DNA from: Nanobdellota archaeon
GTDB taxonomy: Archaea; Nanobdellota; Nanobdellia; Woesearchaeales; SKGA01
DNA length: 48,777 bases
Direction: 5' to 3'
Assembly (NCBI GenBank): GCA_051819745.1
Contig: JBNJGO010000005.1
Coordinates: 1-48,777, forward strand
Shown: positions 18,869 through 27,967 of the stretch, piece by piece
Layout of the letters: the number at the start of each line of letters is the position of its first letter
Numbering within the stretch: the first letter of the stretch is position 1
Made by a program: the position numbers and the translations under genes
Notes under the pieces: model-generated
The model's input: only the letters and a program-made list of their open reading frames with translations
What the model was told of the DNA's origin: nothing
The model's database searches: none

Positions 18869-20356
18869 TTATACCGCATCAACTTTTTGAAGTACTTCTT
18901 CAACTATTTTATCCGGAGATATGTTGTGTGCTTTACCTTTATAGTTCATGCTAACTCTATGTCTTAAAACAGATGGTGCTACAAATTTAATGTCGTCTGG
19001 CAAGACATAATTACGTCCTTCAAGCATTGCTTTAGCTTTTGCAGCGACACCCAAATAAATACTTGCACGAACTCCCGCACCATATTTTATGTATCGTATT
19101 CCTTCAATATTCTTGTTTTTTCCTCTTGTTGCTTCTACAATATTAAGAATGTATGTTCTTATTTTTTGAGATATATATACTGTTTTTACTTCTTTTTGGA
19201 TTTCCAGTAGTTCTTCTTTTGTTATTGCTTGGTGTACTGTTTTTCCTAGTTTACTTTTTGTTGTTGCGTTTTCAGTAATTATCTTTAGTTCGTCTTTGCG
19301 AGCAGGATAATCTAAAAATACTTTAAGCATAAACCTGTCAAGAACTGCCTCGGGGAGAGAGTATGTTCCTTTGTTTTCAAGAGGGTTTTGTGTTGCAAGA
19401 ACTAAGAATGGTGGTTGAAGGATGAACTCATCATTTTCAATGTTTATTTTTTTCTCTTGCATCGCTTCCATTACTGCAGCGTGCGTTTTTGGTGGTGCCC
19501 GGTTTATTTCGTCTGCGAGAACGAAATTAGCGAAAATAGGTCCCTTGTATGTTGTGAACTTTGAGGTTTTAGGATTATATATTTGCCCTCCAATAACGTC
19601 TGCAGGAAGTAAATCTGGAAGAAACTGTATACGTTTGAATGTGGTTCCCGAAATTGTTTTTTGCATCGTTTCAACAAGCAATGTTTTTGCAAGTCCTGGA
19701 ACTCCTTCCATCAGAATATGAGAATCACACATTAATGATATTGTAACTTGTTCTGTTATTTGTTCTTGTCCTATAAATACTTTTGATATTTCTTGTAACA
19801 TTCGTTTTAATTTTGCCGAATATCTTTTACAATTATTAATGCTGATGATTCCTTTTTGTTCAGTAGTTTGATATGTGTTTTCTGGATCTGGTTCTTCAAT
19901 TGTAGGTGTTTTTTCCTCTTGTTTTTCTTCTGCTTGAGAGTGCGGTTCTTGTCTTTCATTTACAATTGTTTCCTTCTCCTTTTGAATTGTTGGGTTAGGA
20001 AGAACTGTTTCTCGTTCTTGTTGTGTTTTTTTGAGCTGTTGAGATAATGCCTTATTTCGTTTTTCAATTTGATTGACTTTTTTTAGAAGTGTGGTGATAT
20101 TATTGTTTGTATTTTGTTTTGTTGTTTTTTTCTTAGTTGCTTTCTTTCTTGTGGTTTTTTTTGGTGGTCTTCCTGGACCTCGTTTTTTTTGAGTTGTGCT
20201 TCGTGTTGCTTTCTTTCTTGTGGTTTTTTTTGGTGGTCTTCCAGGACCTCTCTTTGTATTTGTTGTTTTTTTCTTAGTTGTTTTTCTTGTTCCTTTTTTT
20301 CGAGTATTTTTTGATTTAGAATATGATCTTGCTGTCTTACGTTTAGTTCTTGGCAC
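18869..20356 (-). CDS. moxR: MoxR family AAA+ ATPase with a Lys-rich, AT-hook-like N-terminal extension
   Basis: EGVPGLAKT Walker A, RIQFLPDLLPAD, LADEINRAPPKT, ATQNPLE-x-x-GTY-x-LPEA-x-LDRF. GTG 20356 follows a GAGGTG SD. The ORF-track ATG 20440 overlaps the minus-strand TATA box. Confidence 0.93.
   Translation of the reverse strand: MPRTKRKTARSYSKSKNTRKKGTRKTTKKKTTNTKRGPGRPPKKTTRKKATRSTTQKKRGPGRPPKKTTRKKATKKKTTKQNTNNNITTLLKKVNQIEKRNKALSQQLKKTQQERETVLPNPTIQKEKETIVNERQEPHSQAEEKQEEKTPTIEEPDPENTYQTTEQKGIISINNCKRYSAKLKRMLQEISKVFIGQEQITEQVTISLMCDSHILMEGVPGLAKTLLVETMQKTISGTTFKRIQFLPDLLPADVIGGQIYNPKTSKFTTYKGPIFANFVLADEINRAPPKTHAAVMEAMQEKKINIENDEFILQPPFLVLATQNPLENKGTYSLPEAVLDRFMLKVFLDYPARKDELKIITENATTKSKLGKTVHQAITKEELLEIQKEVKTVYISQKIRTYILNIVEATRGKNKNIEGIRYIKYGAGVRASIYLGVAAKAKAMLEGRNYVLPDDIKFVAPSVLRHRVSMNYKGKAHNISPDKIVEEVLQKVDAV
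20136..20250. repeat. Coding direct repeat (2 x ~46 nt, 69-nt period) encoding RGPGRPPKKTTRKKAT
   Basis: GTTGCTTTCTTTCTTGTGGTTTTTTTTGGTGGTCTTCC(T/A)GGACCTC at 20136-20181 and 20205-20250. Confidence 0.85.
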
Positions 20357-20438
20357 AAACCCCACCTCTTTTTTTTGTAATCTAGCGTCTAGTATTTTCA
20401 CTACTATTGCTCTTTTTGTATTCCTATGACTATTGAAC

Positions 20439-20454
20439 ATTTATAAATATTTTC
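20439..20454 (-). promoter_or_regulatory. BRE/TATA promoter of the moxR-DUF58-VWA operon
   Basis: Minus strand GAAAATATTTATAAAT about 85 nt upstream of GTG 20356. Confidence 0.6.
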
Positions 20455-20925
20455 TTTTCATAGTCTCACTCCCAAAAGATAGTATTAACAATTTTGCATA
20501 TTTATTATTCGTTCCGATCTTCCCAAAAACACCTTCGTTGAGGTTTTTTCCCTTCCACATTTTATGGTGAAAGTTGTTTTTTATCTTGTTGGTTATACAA
20601 TGTTATTCCTTTTGGGACAGAGCCCTTTTCATCAAACTTTTTTCTGCCTTGATTTTATATGTTATTGCTATGTGTTGTATTATACTCTGAAATAATTATG
20701 CTTTCATTAGAGCGGTAGTATCATCATCTTGTGTTTGTTATTTTTTTAGGTCATAAAAAATATTGTAAATATCTTATTACATACATTTATTGCATATTCT
20801 ATACTATGTAATTATTGTAAAAACATTTATTAATAATGGTTATGTTGTTGGTGTTTATTATGGTGTTTAGTTGTTTATATGAGGATTATTTTATAATAAA
20901 TTACCCCTTTACACTGTTAAGAGAA

Positions 20926-20943
20926 AACGAAAATTTATAAATA
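20926..20943 (+). promoter_or_regulatory. BRE/TATA promoter of the 21053 gene
   Basis: AACGAAAATTTATAAATA, consensus BRE plus TATA. Confidence 0.7.
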
Positions 20944-21052
20944 AATGGCACTTCAGTGTGGTTGAAACCATACTGATATGCGTTTCACAGCTCCACTTTC
21001 CAAAAGTGGTGTATTTGTAACGCACAAAAAAAGTGGTGAGGTGTTTAATAAA

Positions 21053-21739
21053 ATGAAAAAATTAATGATGGTAATGATTGCACTAGTTGGTGTAGTTATG
21101 ACTGTAGGAATGGCTTTTGCAGCAACTCCACAAGGGGCAAATGTGGAATCTAATACTGATGAAGGTGAATTCGCAGGTGTAACTGCTGGAACTGTAGATG
21201 TCACTGATGGTCATATATACAATAATGACTTGAACACGACAATGTCAACATACCGATGGTCTGGTATTTATGGAAATGTTTCAGGAAACATTGTATTAAG
21301 CGATGATGATTCTGATGTTTTGTACGACTGGACTGCACAAGGTAGGTTAGTTTACGCTTCCGAAGGAACTCCTGATTGGACAACTCTTGGAGATGCCGTT
21401 GAAGGTGATGTAACAACTGCTTATGCTCATCTTGGTGGTACTGATAGCGATAACTATGCTACAACGTTCACAGGTACTTCTGAAGACATTGGATCTGGTT
21501 TGTTTTCAATCAATTCTGACTTTGCTCAAACTTATGACAACGAAACAACTGCAAGTTGGAAAACATACTCTTTGACAGATGGTTCTTCTAACATTGTATT
21601 TGCGGGTCTTGTTCAACCATCTGGCGCAGCAAGTTATAAAGGTTCAACTGTTGATTATCAGATGATCGTTCCAGAAGATGGAACTGTTGCAACTGGTACT
21701 GGTACAACAACTTATAACTTGTACGCAGAACTACAATAA
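21053..21739 (+). CDS. Small secreted beta-rich protein, paralog 1 (putative filament/pilus subunit)
   Basis: ORF track 20978..21739. ATG 21053 follows a GAGGTG SD. Class I signal peptide (AFA-A). RWSGIYGNVSGNIVL-x-D...YDW...VFAG...VDYQMIVP...YNLYAELQ. Confidence 0.85.
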   Translation: MKKLMMVMIALVGVVMTVGMAFAATPQGANVESNTDEGEFAGVTAGTVDVTDGHIYNNDLNTTMSTYRWSGIYGNVSGNIVLSDDDSDVLYDWTAQGRLVYASEGTPDWTTLGDAVEGDVTTAYAHLGGTDSDNYATTFTGTSEDIGSGLFSINSDFAQTYDNETTASWKTYSLTDGSSNIVFAGLVQPSGAASYKGSTVDYQMIVPEDGTVATGTGTTTYNLYAELQ

Positions 21740-21751
21740 ATGGAAACGTTG

Positions 21752-21778
21752 TTTCCTTTTTTTATTTTTTTATTTTTT
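21752..21778 (+). terminator. Oligo-T archaeal terminator
   Basis: TTTCCTTTTTTTATTTTTTTATTTTTT immediately after the stop codon. Confidence 0.6.
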
Positions 21779-21867
21779 GATTAATTTATGTTTATTTCAA
21801 CTACATAAAGCCATATATCAAAGTTATGAAATTGATTAAATATAATTATTTATTACTTGATGATTGA

Positions 21868-21884
21868 GAACAAACTTTATAAAA
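21868..21884 (+). promoter_or_regulatory. BRE/TATA promoter of the 21947 gene
   Basis: GAACAAACTTTATAAAA about 65 nt before the ATG, which has a GAGGTG SD. Confidence 0.6.
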
Positions 21885-21946
21885 TACTTTGGTCTCATGA
21901 AGTTCAAGTATTGTAAATTAATAAAAAACAATGAGGTGTTTTTGTA

Positions 21947-22603
21947 ATGAATATGGGAAAATTATTCGCTATCTTTGCAGTGTTTTTGATGACTGCTTCG
22001 CTAGCTTTCGCAGCTCCAGGTGGTGCAAGTACTACCGTTGGTGCTAGTGAGCAAGCGTCCGGAACATCATCAACTGCTGTTGATACAGAAGGCGGAAATG
22101 TTACATCTGTTGATGTATCTGGAACCAGTGTTACTGGTAAATGGGCAGGTTTCTTCGGAAACATAAGTGGAAATATTATGCTTGGCGACTCATCAAATAA
22201 TGAGTTTTTCGAATGGACTGTTAGTAATGTTACAGGTGCTGTAGTTTATGCTGCAAACACATCTGTTACTGACTGGGGTCTTACAGCGGCTGCTGAAGCT
22301 GATATGCCTTCATATGTTCAAGGTTCAGGAACTGATAACTTTACCAATACATTCACAGCGACTGAAGCGTTCAATTCGAACTCGGTATCTGTAGCTAGTG
22401 CTCCTGTTGCTACAACATGGAACTCTACTGGTGTTGGAAACTTGAAAACGTACGCTTTAAAGAGTGGTGCTGATAGTGCTTCGGTTTTCGCTGGAATGGC
22501 AGTTGATGATACTGATGGTTTCAACGGTAACTCTGTTGATTATCAAATTGTTGTTCCTTCAGAATCAACAACAACATACAGTTTCTATTTAGAACTACCA
22601 TAA
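21947..22603 (+). CDS. Small secreted beta-rich protein, paralog 2 (putative filament/pilus subunit)
   Basis: Signal peptide (AFA-A). KWAGFFGNISGNIMLGD...FEW...VFAG...VDYQIVVP...YSFYLELP. Clearly homologous to 21053..21739. Confidence 0.87.
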   Translation: MNMGKLFAIFAVFLMTASLAFAAPGGASTTVGASEQASGTSSTAVDTEGGNVTSVDVSGTSVTGKWAGFFGNISGNIMLGDSSNNEFFEWTVSNVTGAVVYAANTSVTDWGLTAAAEADMPSYVQGSGTDNFTNTFTATEAFNSNSVSVASAPVATTWNSTGVGNLKTYALKSGADSASVFAGMAVDDTDGFNGNSVDYQIVVPSESTTTYSFYLELP

Positions 22604-22611
22604 GGTTGTTG

Positions 22612-22634
22612 TTTTTTTTTATTTTTTTATTTTT
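22612..22634 (+). terminator. Oligo-T archaeal terminator
   Basis: TTTTTTTTTATTTTTTTATTTTT after the stop codon. Confidence 0.6.
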
Positions 22635-22839
22635 CTGTTCATTCTTTTCGATCTAGCAATTGTTATGTTTACTATTATTTTGCTTTAGTCTTATAGTTTT
22701 TTTTCGTTGTAATTGGTTTTTTCATAGGCTTTGTTCAAAAGCAATGTGAGGATTTACAATCATTTATTTTGGACGACACCTTTCATTCGAAACATTTATA
22801 AAAACATGTTCTTCTCAGTATAGGTAAAGGGTTGAGAAA

Positions 22840-24657
22840 ATGATATCAAAAAAAGTGTTTTTTACGTTGTGGGGTGTTGTGTTTTTACTGTTTTTATCTT
22901 CGCTTGCTTACTCTGCAGATATTCATGTCGCTAATTCTGAAGACTGGAAAGATGTTTATAGTGTTATGCTAAAAAGTTCCTTGGAAGATAATAAAGGGTT
23001 TTTTCTCAATTCAGATACTTTAACAGGTTTTACTGAAGTCACTTCTCGAAATGATGATATTTTTTTATATGAATCAAATAATCCTTACATTAATAATCTT
23101 GATGGGCAATTATCTTCTGTCGGTTATACTACTCAAGTGGGTTCTGAATCTTCTCAAATGAATTTAGATCTCGATCCTCGTAACGGTAAGTATTATGTGA
23201 TTTCTTCTGATAATCCTCGAGTAGGTCTTTCTTTAGCGCCTCTCGCGATCAAGGAAAATGCGTGGGTGTTTATTGTTGATGATCAAACTGCTGGTCAAAT
23301 CGCAAATCGTCTTGAAGATGCTGATTCTGTTATTGCTGTAGGAAATTTTAAAAGAACTGTTCTTGAACAAATTGAAGATACGTTCACAGAATGGATTGAT
23401 AATGATAATTTATATGCTAATAGTCAAGAATTAGCTGATCGATTCGGTGTTGATGATACTGTTATTCTTGCAGATGGTTCTTTTCTCGAAGTTGAATTTT
23501 TTAGTGGAAGGACGCCGGTTGTAGTTTCAGGTCATAATAAAATTCTTAATGATACTTATTCTTTTTTGAAAGAAAAAGATGTTTCTTCTGTTGTTATTGT
23601 TGGAAATAAACTTTCCACTATTGGCGAACAAATAAGATCGCGAAGCAATAAAGAAATAAGTATATTTATTAAATTCGGTCAGAGCGATACCTCAAATACT
23701 GGAACTGTTTATGCTCTGACAATGTATCCTTTACCAAAACCAACTCTTTCTCTGACGGTGAGTGATGCGATTTATGATCCTGAAAATGAAGAATTAATCG
23801 CTCGTTTCAGAAATCTTGGTTCTGCAGGAGTATACGAAGTCTCTTCGATAACTGTAAAATCAAATGATGTTGAATTAGTAAGTGCTTCTGATGATTCTGT
23901 TCGTTACTTGGCTTCTGGTGAAACATTGCCTGTTTCATTTAATGTTAGTCTTTCCCCTTCAGAAATTACTAATGAGACTATGGTTGAATTCTATACTTCG
24001 TTCGGAGTTTATCCTTCTCAACTTGAATCTTTTTTAACAATGGAAAATAAGTTTGGTCCTCCTTTTGCAATCCCTTTAACTCTGAAAAATCTTGATGATG
24101 ATAATACTAAGTTAGAGATTGAAGATGTTGCTTATTATAAGAGTCTTAATCGTATTGGGATTAGTTTGTACAATAATGGTTCTCAGGATGCTTATGTTTC
24201 AACAAAAATCCATAATGTTGTTATTAATGGTATTGAACAAACCCTCTATAAAGAAAGTGAAGTTCAATCTGGAAAGTTAAAAACAGTTTATGTTCCGGCA
24301 TCTCTTGATAAAATTGATATTGAGGATAATGATAAATTTTCACTAGTTATAACCTATGGTGCTAATAAAGATTTAAAACTTAAAAGTATTCGTGCAGAGT
24401 ATCCATTCAAAATAGTTTCAGGTATTAATACCACTATGCTTGTTGGAGCTATTGTTGTGGTGTTGTTGTTAGTTGGTACTCTTCTCTTTTTCAAAAAGAA
24501 AAAGTCATCAAAGAAGCCGTCTAGTGGTGCTTCTTCCAAGAAAAAGTCCGGTTCTGATGCTAGTTCTAAAAAAGAGTCTTCGAAAAAAGAAGAAAACAAA
24601 CCTTCTTCAAAAAAGAAAACTCCTGCAAAAAAGAAGTCCAACAAGAAATCCTCTTAA
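22840..24657 (+). CDS. Membrane-anchored S-layer-like/cell-envelope protein with a Lys-rich cytoplasmic tail
   Basis: TATA at ~22796. Signal peptide (AYS-A). Repeated alpha/beta units resembling cell-wall-binding repeat 2, then Ig-like domains, a C-terminal TM helix and a KKKKSSKK...-rich tail. Confidence 0.75.
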   Translation: MISKKVFFTLWGVVFLLFLSSLAYSADIHVANSEDWKDVYSVMLKSSLEDNKGFFLNSDTLTGFTEVTSRNDDIFLYESNNPYINNLDGQLSSVGYTTQVGSESSQMNLDLDPRNGKYYVISSDNPRVGLSLAPLAIKENAWVFIVDDQTAGQIANRLEDADSVIAVGNFKRTVLEQIEDTFTEWIDNDNLYANSQELADRFGVDDTVILADGSFLEVEFFSGRTPVVVSGHNKILNDTYSFLKEKDVSSVVIVGNKLSTIGEQIRSRSNKEISIFIKFGQSDTSNTGTVYALTMYPLPKPTLSLTVSDAIYDPENEELIARFRNLGSAGVYEVSSITVKSNDVELVSASDDSVRYLASGETLPVSFNVSLSPSEITNETMVEFYTSFGVYPSQLESFLTMENKFGPPFAIPLTLKNLDDDNTKLEIEDVAYYKSLNRIGISLYNNGSQDAYVSTKIHNVVINGIEQTLYKESEVQSGKLKTVYVPASLDKIDIEDNDKFSLVITYGANKDLKLKSIRAEYPFKIVSGINTTMLVGAIVVVLLLVGTLLFFKKKKSSKKPSSGASSKKKSGSDASSKKESSKKEENKPSSKKKTPAKKKSNKKSS

Positions 24658-24806
24658 AATCAAACAATTAATGGTAATATTTTTTTCTATTTTTTATTAT
24701 ATTCTTTCTTTATACCTGTGCTGTTTCATGTAATATATAAACGCACTTCTTTTTGAACAACCTTTTATTCGCAATATTTAAAAACATTCTTCTCTGACTT
24801 TAGTAC

Positions 24807-25241
24807 ATGGCTCGCAGAAAACCACTTCCGTTTTGGACGTTTCTTGTCGTAGGTATTCTTATCTCTGGTTATGCTTTAATAATTCGTCTTACAAGTGATA
24901 GTGTTAACGAGAATGCAATGGAATTATTCATTTACATTGGCTTGTTTTTCATGCTTTTAGGCGGTGTTAAATGGCTTATGAGGTGGTTGAAAAAAGATTC
25001 TCTTTCTGAGAAAAAACTTGCTGAGCGCATTGGTGGTGTTGATACTATTGATAAAGATGAATCTGCTCTTCTCAAAGAAAAACGAGCTCGTTTACAACAA
25101 AAGCGACAACAATCAGCTCCTAATAAAGGAAATTCTCAAAATAATGCTACGACTCCTCGCATCATATTATGTTCTAAGTGTCAAACAAAGAATTTTTCCA
25201 CTTCAAATTATTGTCATATGTGTGGTTCTTCTTTGAAATAA
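24807..25241 (+). CDS. Membrane protein with a C-terminal zinc ribbon
   Basis: Two TM helices. CSKC...YCHMCG. TATA about 25 nt upstream, so probably leaderless. Confidence 0.8.
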   Translation: MARRKPLPFWTFLVVGILISGYALIIRLTSDSVNENAMELFIYIGLFFMLLGGVKWLMRWLKKDSLSEKKLAERIGGVDTIDKDESALLKEKRARLQQKRQQSAPNKGNSQNNATTPRIILCSKCQTKNFSTSNYCHMCGSSLK

Positions 25242-25316
25242 TCCTGTGTGTTCATTTCTTTAGTTATTGTCTTTTATTCAAAAAGTTTTTAAACAATTAC
25301 TTCTTTAGTGGAGATT

Positions 25317-25997
25317 ATGGGACAAGACACGATGAAAACAATCTTCTCACGACGAAGCTGTCGTTTGTATAAACGAAAGAAAATTCCTCGGGAGTTAGTA
25401 TATCGTTGTGTTGAAGCTGGTATGAAAGCACCGTCAGCAGGTAACGTTCAAGATACTGTTTTTGTAGTAACATCAAAAAAAGATATCATCAACAAATTAC
25501 CTGAATTGTGCATGGGTCAAGATTGGATATCTTCTGCACCAACCGTTATTGCAGTGTGTTCCCAACCTCAAAAGATGGCTGAATGGTATGGTGAGCGTGG
25601 CAGACACGTTTTTTCTGTTCAAAATGCAGCTGCATCCACTCAAAATATTCTTCTCTCAGCACAAGCTAGTGGTCTCGCATCCTGCTGGATTGGTGGTTTC
25701 GATCAGGAAAAAGTCGATTCTCTTTTTGGAGTGAAAGGAAAAGGTCGGGTTGAAGCTATCGTGACGCTAGGTTATTGTAAGCAACGTATTCGTTCTAAAG
25801 ACGAGAAAAATATTGAATTACGTCTCTTTTTTGATTCTTTCGGAAATTGGCGTTATAATGAAGACTTGTATCGTAGAGATTACGCGTTGAATATTGAAAA
25901 TAAGGTTAAAGAGTCGTTTTCTGATTCTGATTCCTTTGCTTCTCAACTAAAAGGTTCTTTTTCTGATTTGAAAGAAAAATTTTCTAAGAAAAAATAA
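25317..25997 (+). CDS. Nitroreductase family protein
   Basis: SRRSCR, APSAGNVQ, QNILLSAQASGLASCWIGGF motifs. ATG 25317 is preferred over GTG 25308. Confidence 0.92.
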   Translation: MGQDTMKTIFSRRSCRLYKRKKIPRELVYRCVEAGMKAPSAGNVQDTVFVVTSKKDIINKLPELCMGQDWISSAPTVIAVCSQPQKMAEWYGERGRHVFSVQNAAASTQNILLSAQASGLASCWIGGFDQEKVDSLFGVKGKGRVEAIVTLGYCKQRIRSKDEKNIELRLFFDSFGNWRYNEDLYRRDYALNIENKVKESFSDSDSFASQLKGSFSDLKEKFSKKK

Positions 25998-26071
25998 TCT
26001 TTTCACCGGAAATATGACTGGACACTCCCTCGCAACTTTTTTAAAACAACACGTGTTGTCTTTGTATTCTC

Positions 26072-27961
26072 ATGGAACAAAATTCGATGTCATCTTCTCG
26101 TTTTCCTTTATTTCCTCACGATGAGATTCGACCAATACAGGATGAAATCATCACTACTATTGCAAACTCTATCTCTGAAAAAAATCATGCTGTCTTGCAT
26201 GCGCCAACTGGTCTTGGAAAAACAGCTGGTAGTCTTTCACCGGCATTAAAAGAAGCTTTAGACACTGGTAAAACTGTTTTTTTTCTCACTTCAAGAAACA
26301 CACAACATAAGATTGCTATTGAAACGCTTCAAGCCATCAAGAAAAAACATTCTGTTAAGATAAAAGCAACTGATTTTGTCGGGAAACAATGGATGTGTAT
26401 TCAATCAGGCGTTTCTGTACTTAGTTCTACTGAATTCGGAGAATATTGTAGGGCGCTTCGTGAAGATCATAAATGTATGTTTTATGAACGAGTGAAAAAA
26501 GGGGATTCCCTGACGTCTGAAACGAGATCTGCCCTTGAGGACCTTAACAAGCTAAGTCCTGTTTCTGTTGAAACCATACTCGAGGTTGGTAAGGAGTACA
26601 AGCTTTGCCCTTACGAATTAGCTTCTCTTCTCGCTTCCAAATCAAATGTTATCATTACTGATTATTATTATCTTTTTCATCCTGATATTCGTGATCATTT
26701 TCTTTCAAAAAATGACATTCAACTCGAAAATAGTATTATTATCGTCGATGAAGCTCACAATCTTCCTTATCGTATAAAAGATCTCGCCAGCGAATATCTT
26801 TCAACCACACTTCTCAAACGAGCGATTACTGAAGCTAAAAAACATTCGTATCCTAAAGCAAAAACTATTCTCGAATCATTGCTTGATACTGTTGAAAAAA
26901 TGGCTCCTTCAAATGGTGATGAGCGACATATTACTAAAGGTGAATTGACAAGTAGAATAACAGACATACAACCTTATGATACTATTCTTGATTTTTTCTC
27001 CACAATAAGTGATGAGATTCGAGAACAACAAAAACAATCTTCAATCGGTGCAGTTGGTATTTTTCTTGAAAAATGGTTGGGTCGTGATGAAGGATTTACT
27101 CGTATTATAGCTTCAAAAAGAGGTGTTACCACTGATGTTGCTACTATAAGTTATCGTTGCCTTGATCCGAGCGTTATTTCTCGAGAGGTTATTGCAAAGT
27201 CTCATTCGACAATTCTCATGAGTGGAACACTCACTCCTCCTGACATGTACATCAAATTACTTGGTTTTCCAGAAGATTCTACTGCTTCAAAAGTTCTTCC
27301 TTCTCCATTTCCGGAACAAAACCGTTTGAATATGATTGTTGCAAAGACAAGCACTAAATACACGTCTCGAAGTCCACAGCAATACGCTGAAATGGCGAGG
27401 ATAATAAGCGATATTATAAACGAAACACCTGGTAATAGTGCTATTTTTTTCCCAAGTTATAAGATAAAAGATGATGTCTCAGCATATTTTGACAATGTTG
27501 AGAAAACCATTTTTCAAGAAAGAAAAGAGATGTCTCAATCAGAACGAGAGGATGTTATATCTCGTTTTAGAACATATCACAAAACAGGTGCAGCACTTTT
27601 AGCGGTAGTTTCAGGTAGCTTTGGAGAAGGTATTGATCTTCCTGGCGATGAGCTGAAAACAGTTGTTGTCGTTGGTTTACCTTTGGGAAGGCCTGATCTC
27701 GAGACTAAAGCGCTTATTAATTATTACGATTCAAAATTTGGTAATGGTTGGAATTATGGGTATGTCTATCCTGCTTTCAATAAGATTATTCAAAGTGCCG
27801 GTCGTTGTATTCGTAGCAAAAATGATAAAGGCGTGATTGTTTTCCTTGACGAGCGATTTACATGGCCCAGATATTACGGGTGTTTTCCAGAAACATGGAA
27901 TATTAAAGTATCTGTTAATAAGTATAAGGAAAAAATTCGAAATTTTTTCAATAAAGGGTGA
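26072..27961 (+). CDS. XPD/Rad3/DinG-family Fe-S DNA helicase
   Basis: Q motif RPIQ, APTGLGKT, Fe-S Cys cluster (C..C..C..CPY), VDEAHNL, MSGTL, EGIDLPG, QSAGRCIR. Confidence 0.93.
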   Translation: MEQNSMSSSRFPLFPHDEIRPIQDEIITTIANSISEKNHAVLHAPTGLGKTAGSLSPALKEALDTGKTVFFLTSRNTQHKIAIETLQAIKKKHSVKIKATDFVGKQWMCIQSGVSVLSSTEFGEYCRALREDHKCMFYERVKKGDSLTSETRSALEDLNKLSPVSVETILEVGKEYKLCPYELASLLASKSNVIITDYYYLFHPDIRDHFLSKNDIQLENSIIIVDEAHNLPYRIKDLASEYLSTTLLKRAITEAKKHSYPKAKTILESLLDTVEKMAPSNGDERHITKGELTSRITDIQPYDTILDFFSTISDEIREQQKQSSIGAVGIFLEKWLGRDEGFTRIIASKRGVTTDVATISYRCLDPSVISREVIAKSHSTILMSGTLTPPDMYIKLLGFPEDSTASKVLPSPFPEQNRLNMIVAKTSTKYTSRSPQQYAEMARIISDIINETPGNSAIFFPSYKIKDDVSAYFDNVEKTIFQERKEMSQSEREDVISRFRTYHKTGAALLAVVSGSFGEGIDLPGDELKTVVVVGLPLGRPDLETKALINYYDSKFGNGWNYGYVYPAFNKIIQSAGRCIRSKNDKGVIVFLDERFTWPRYYGCFPETWNIKVSVNKYKEKIRNFFNKG

Positions 27962-27967
27962 TACATC

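Noticed and set aside
21053-22603. Type IV pilin/archaellin identity for the two small secreted paralogs
   Set aside because: They have class I AFA-A signal peptides rather than a class III K/R-G-x motif with a retained hydrophobic helix, and no pilus ATPase or TadC-like gene is nearby.
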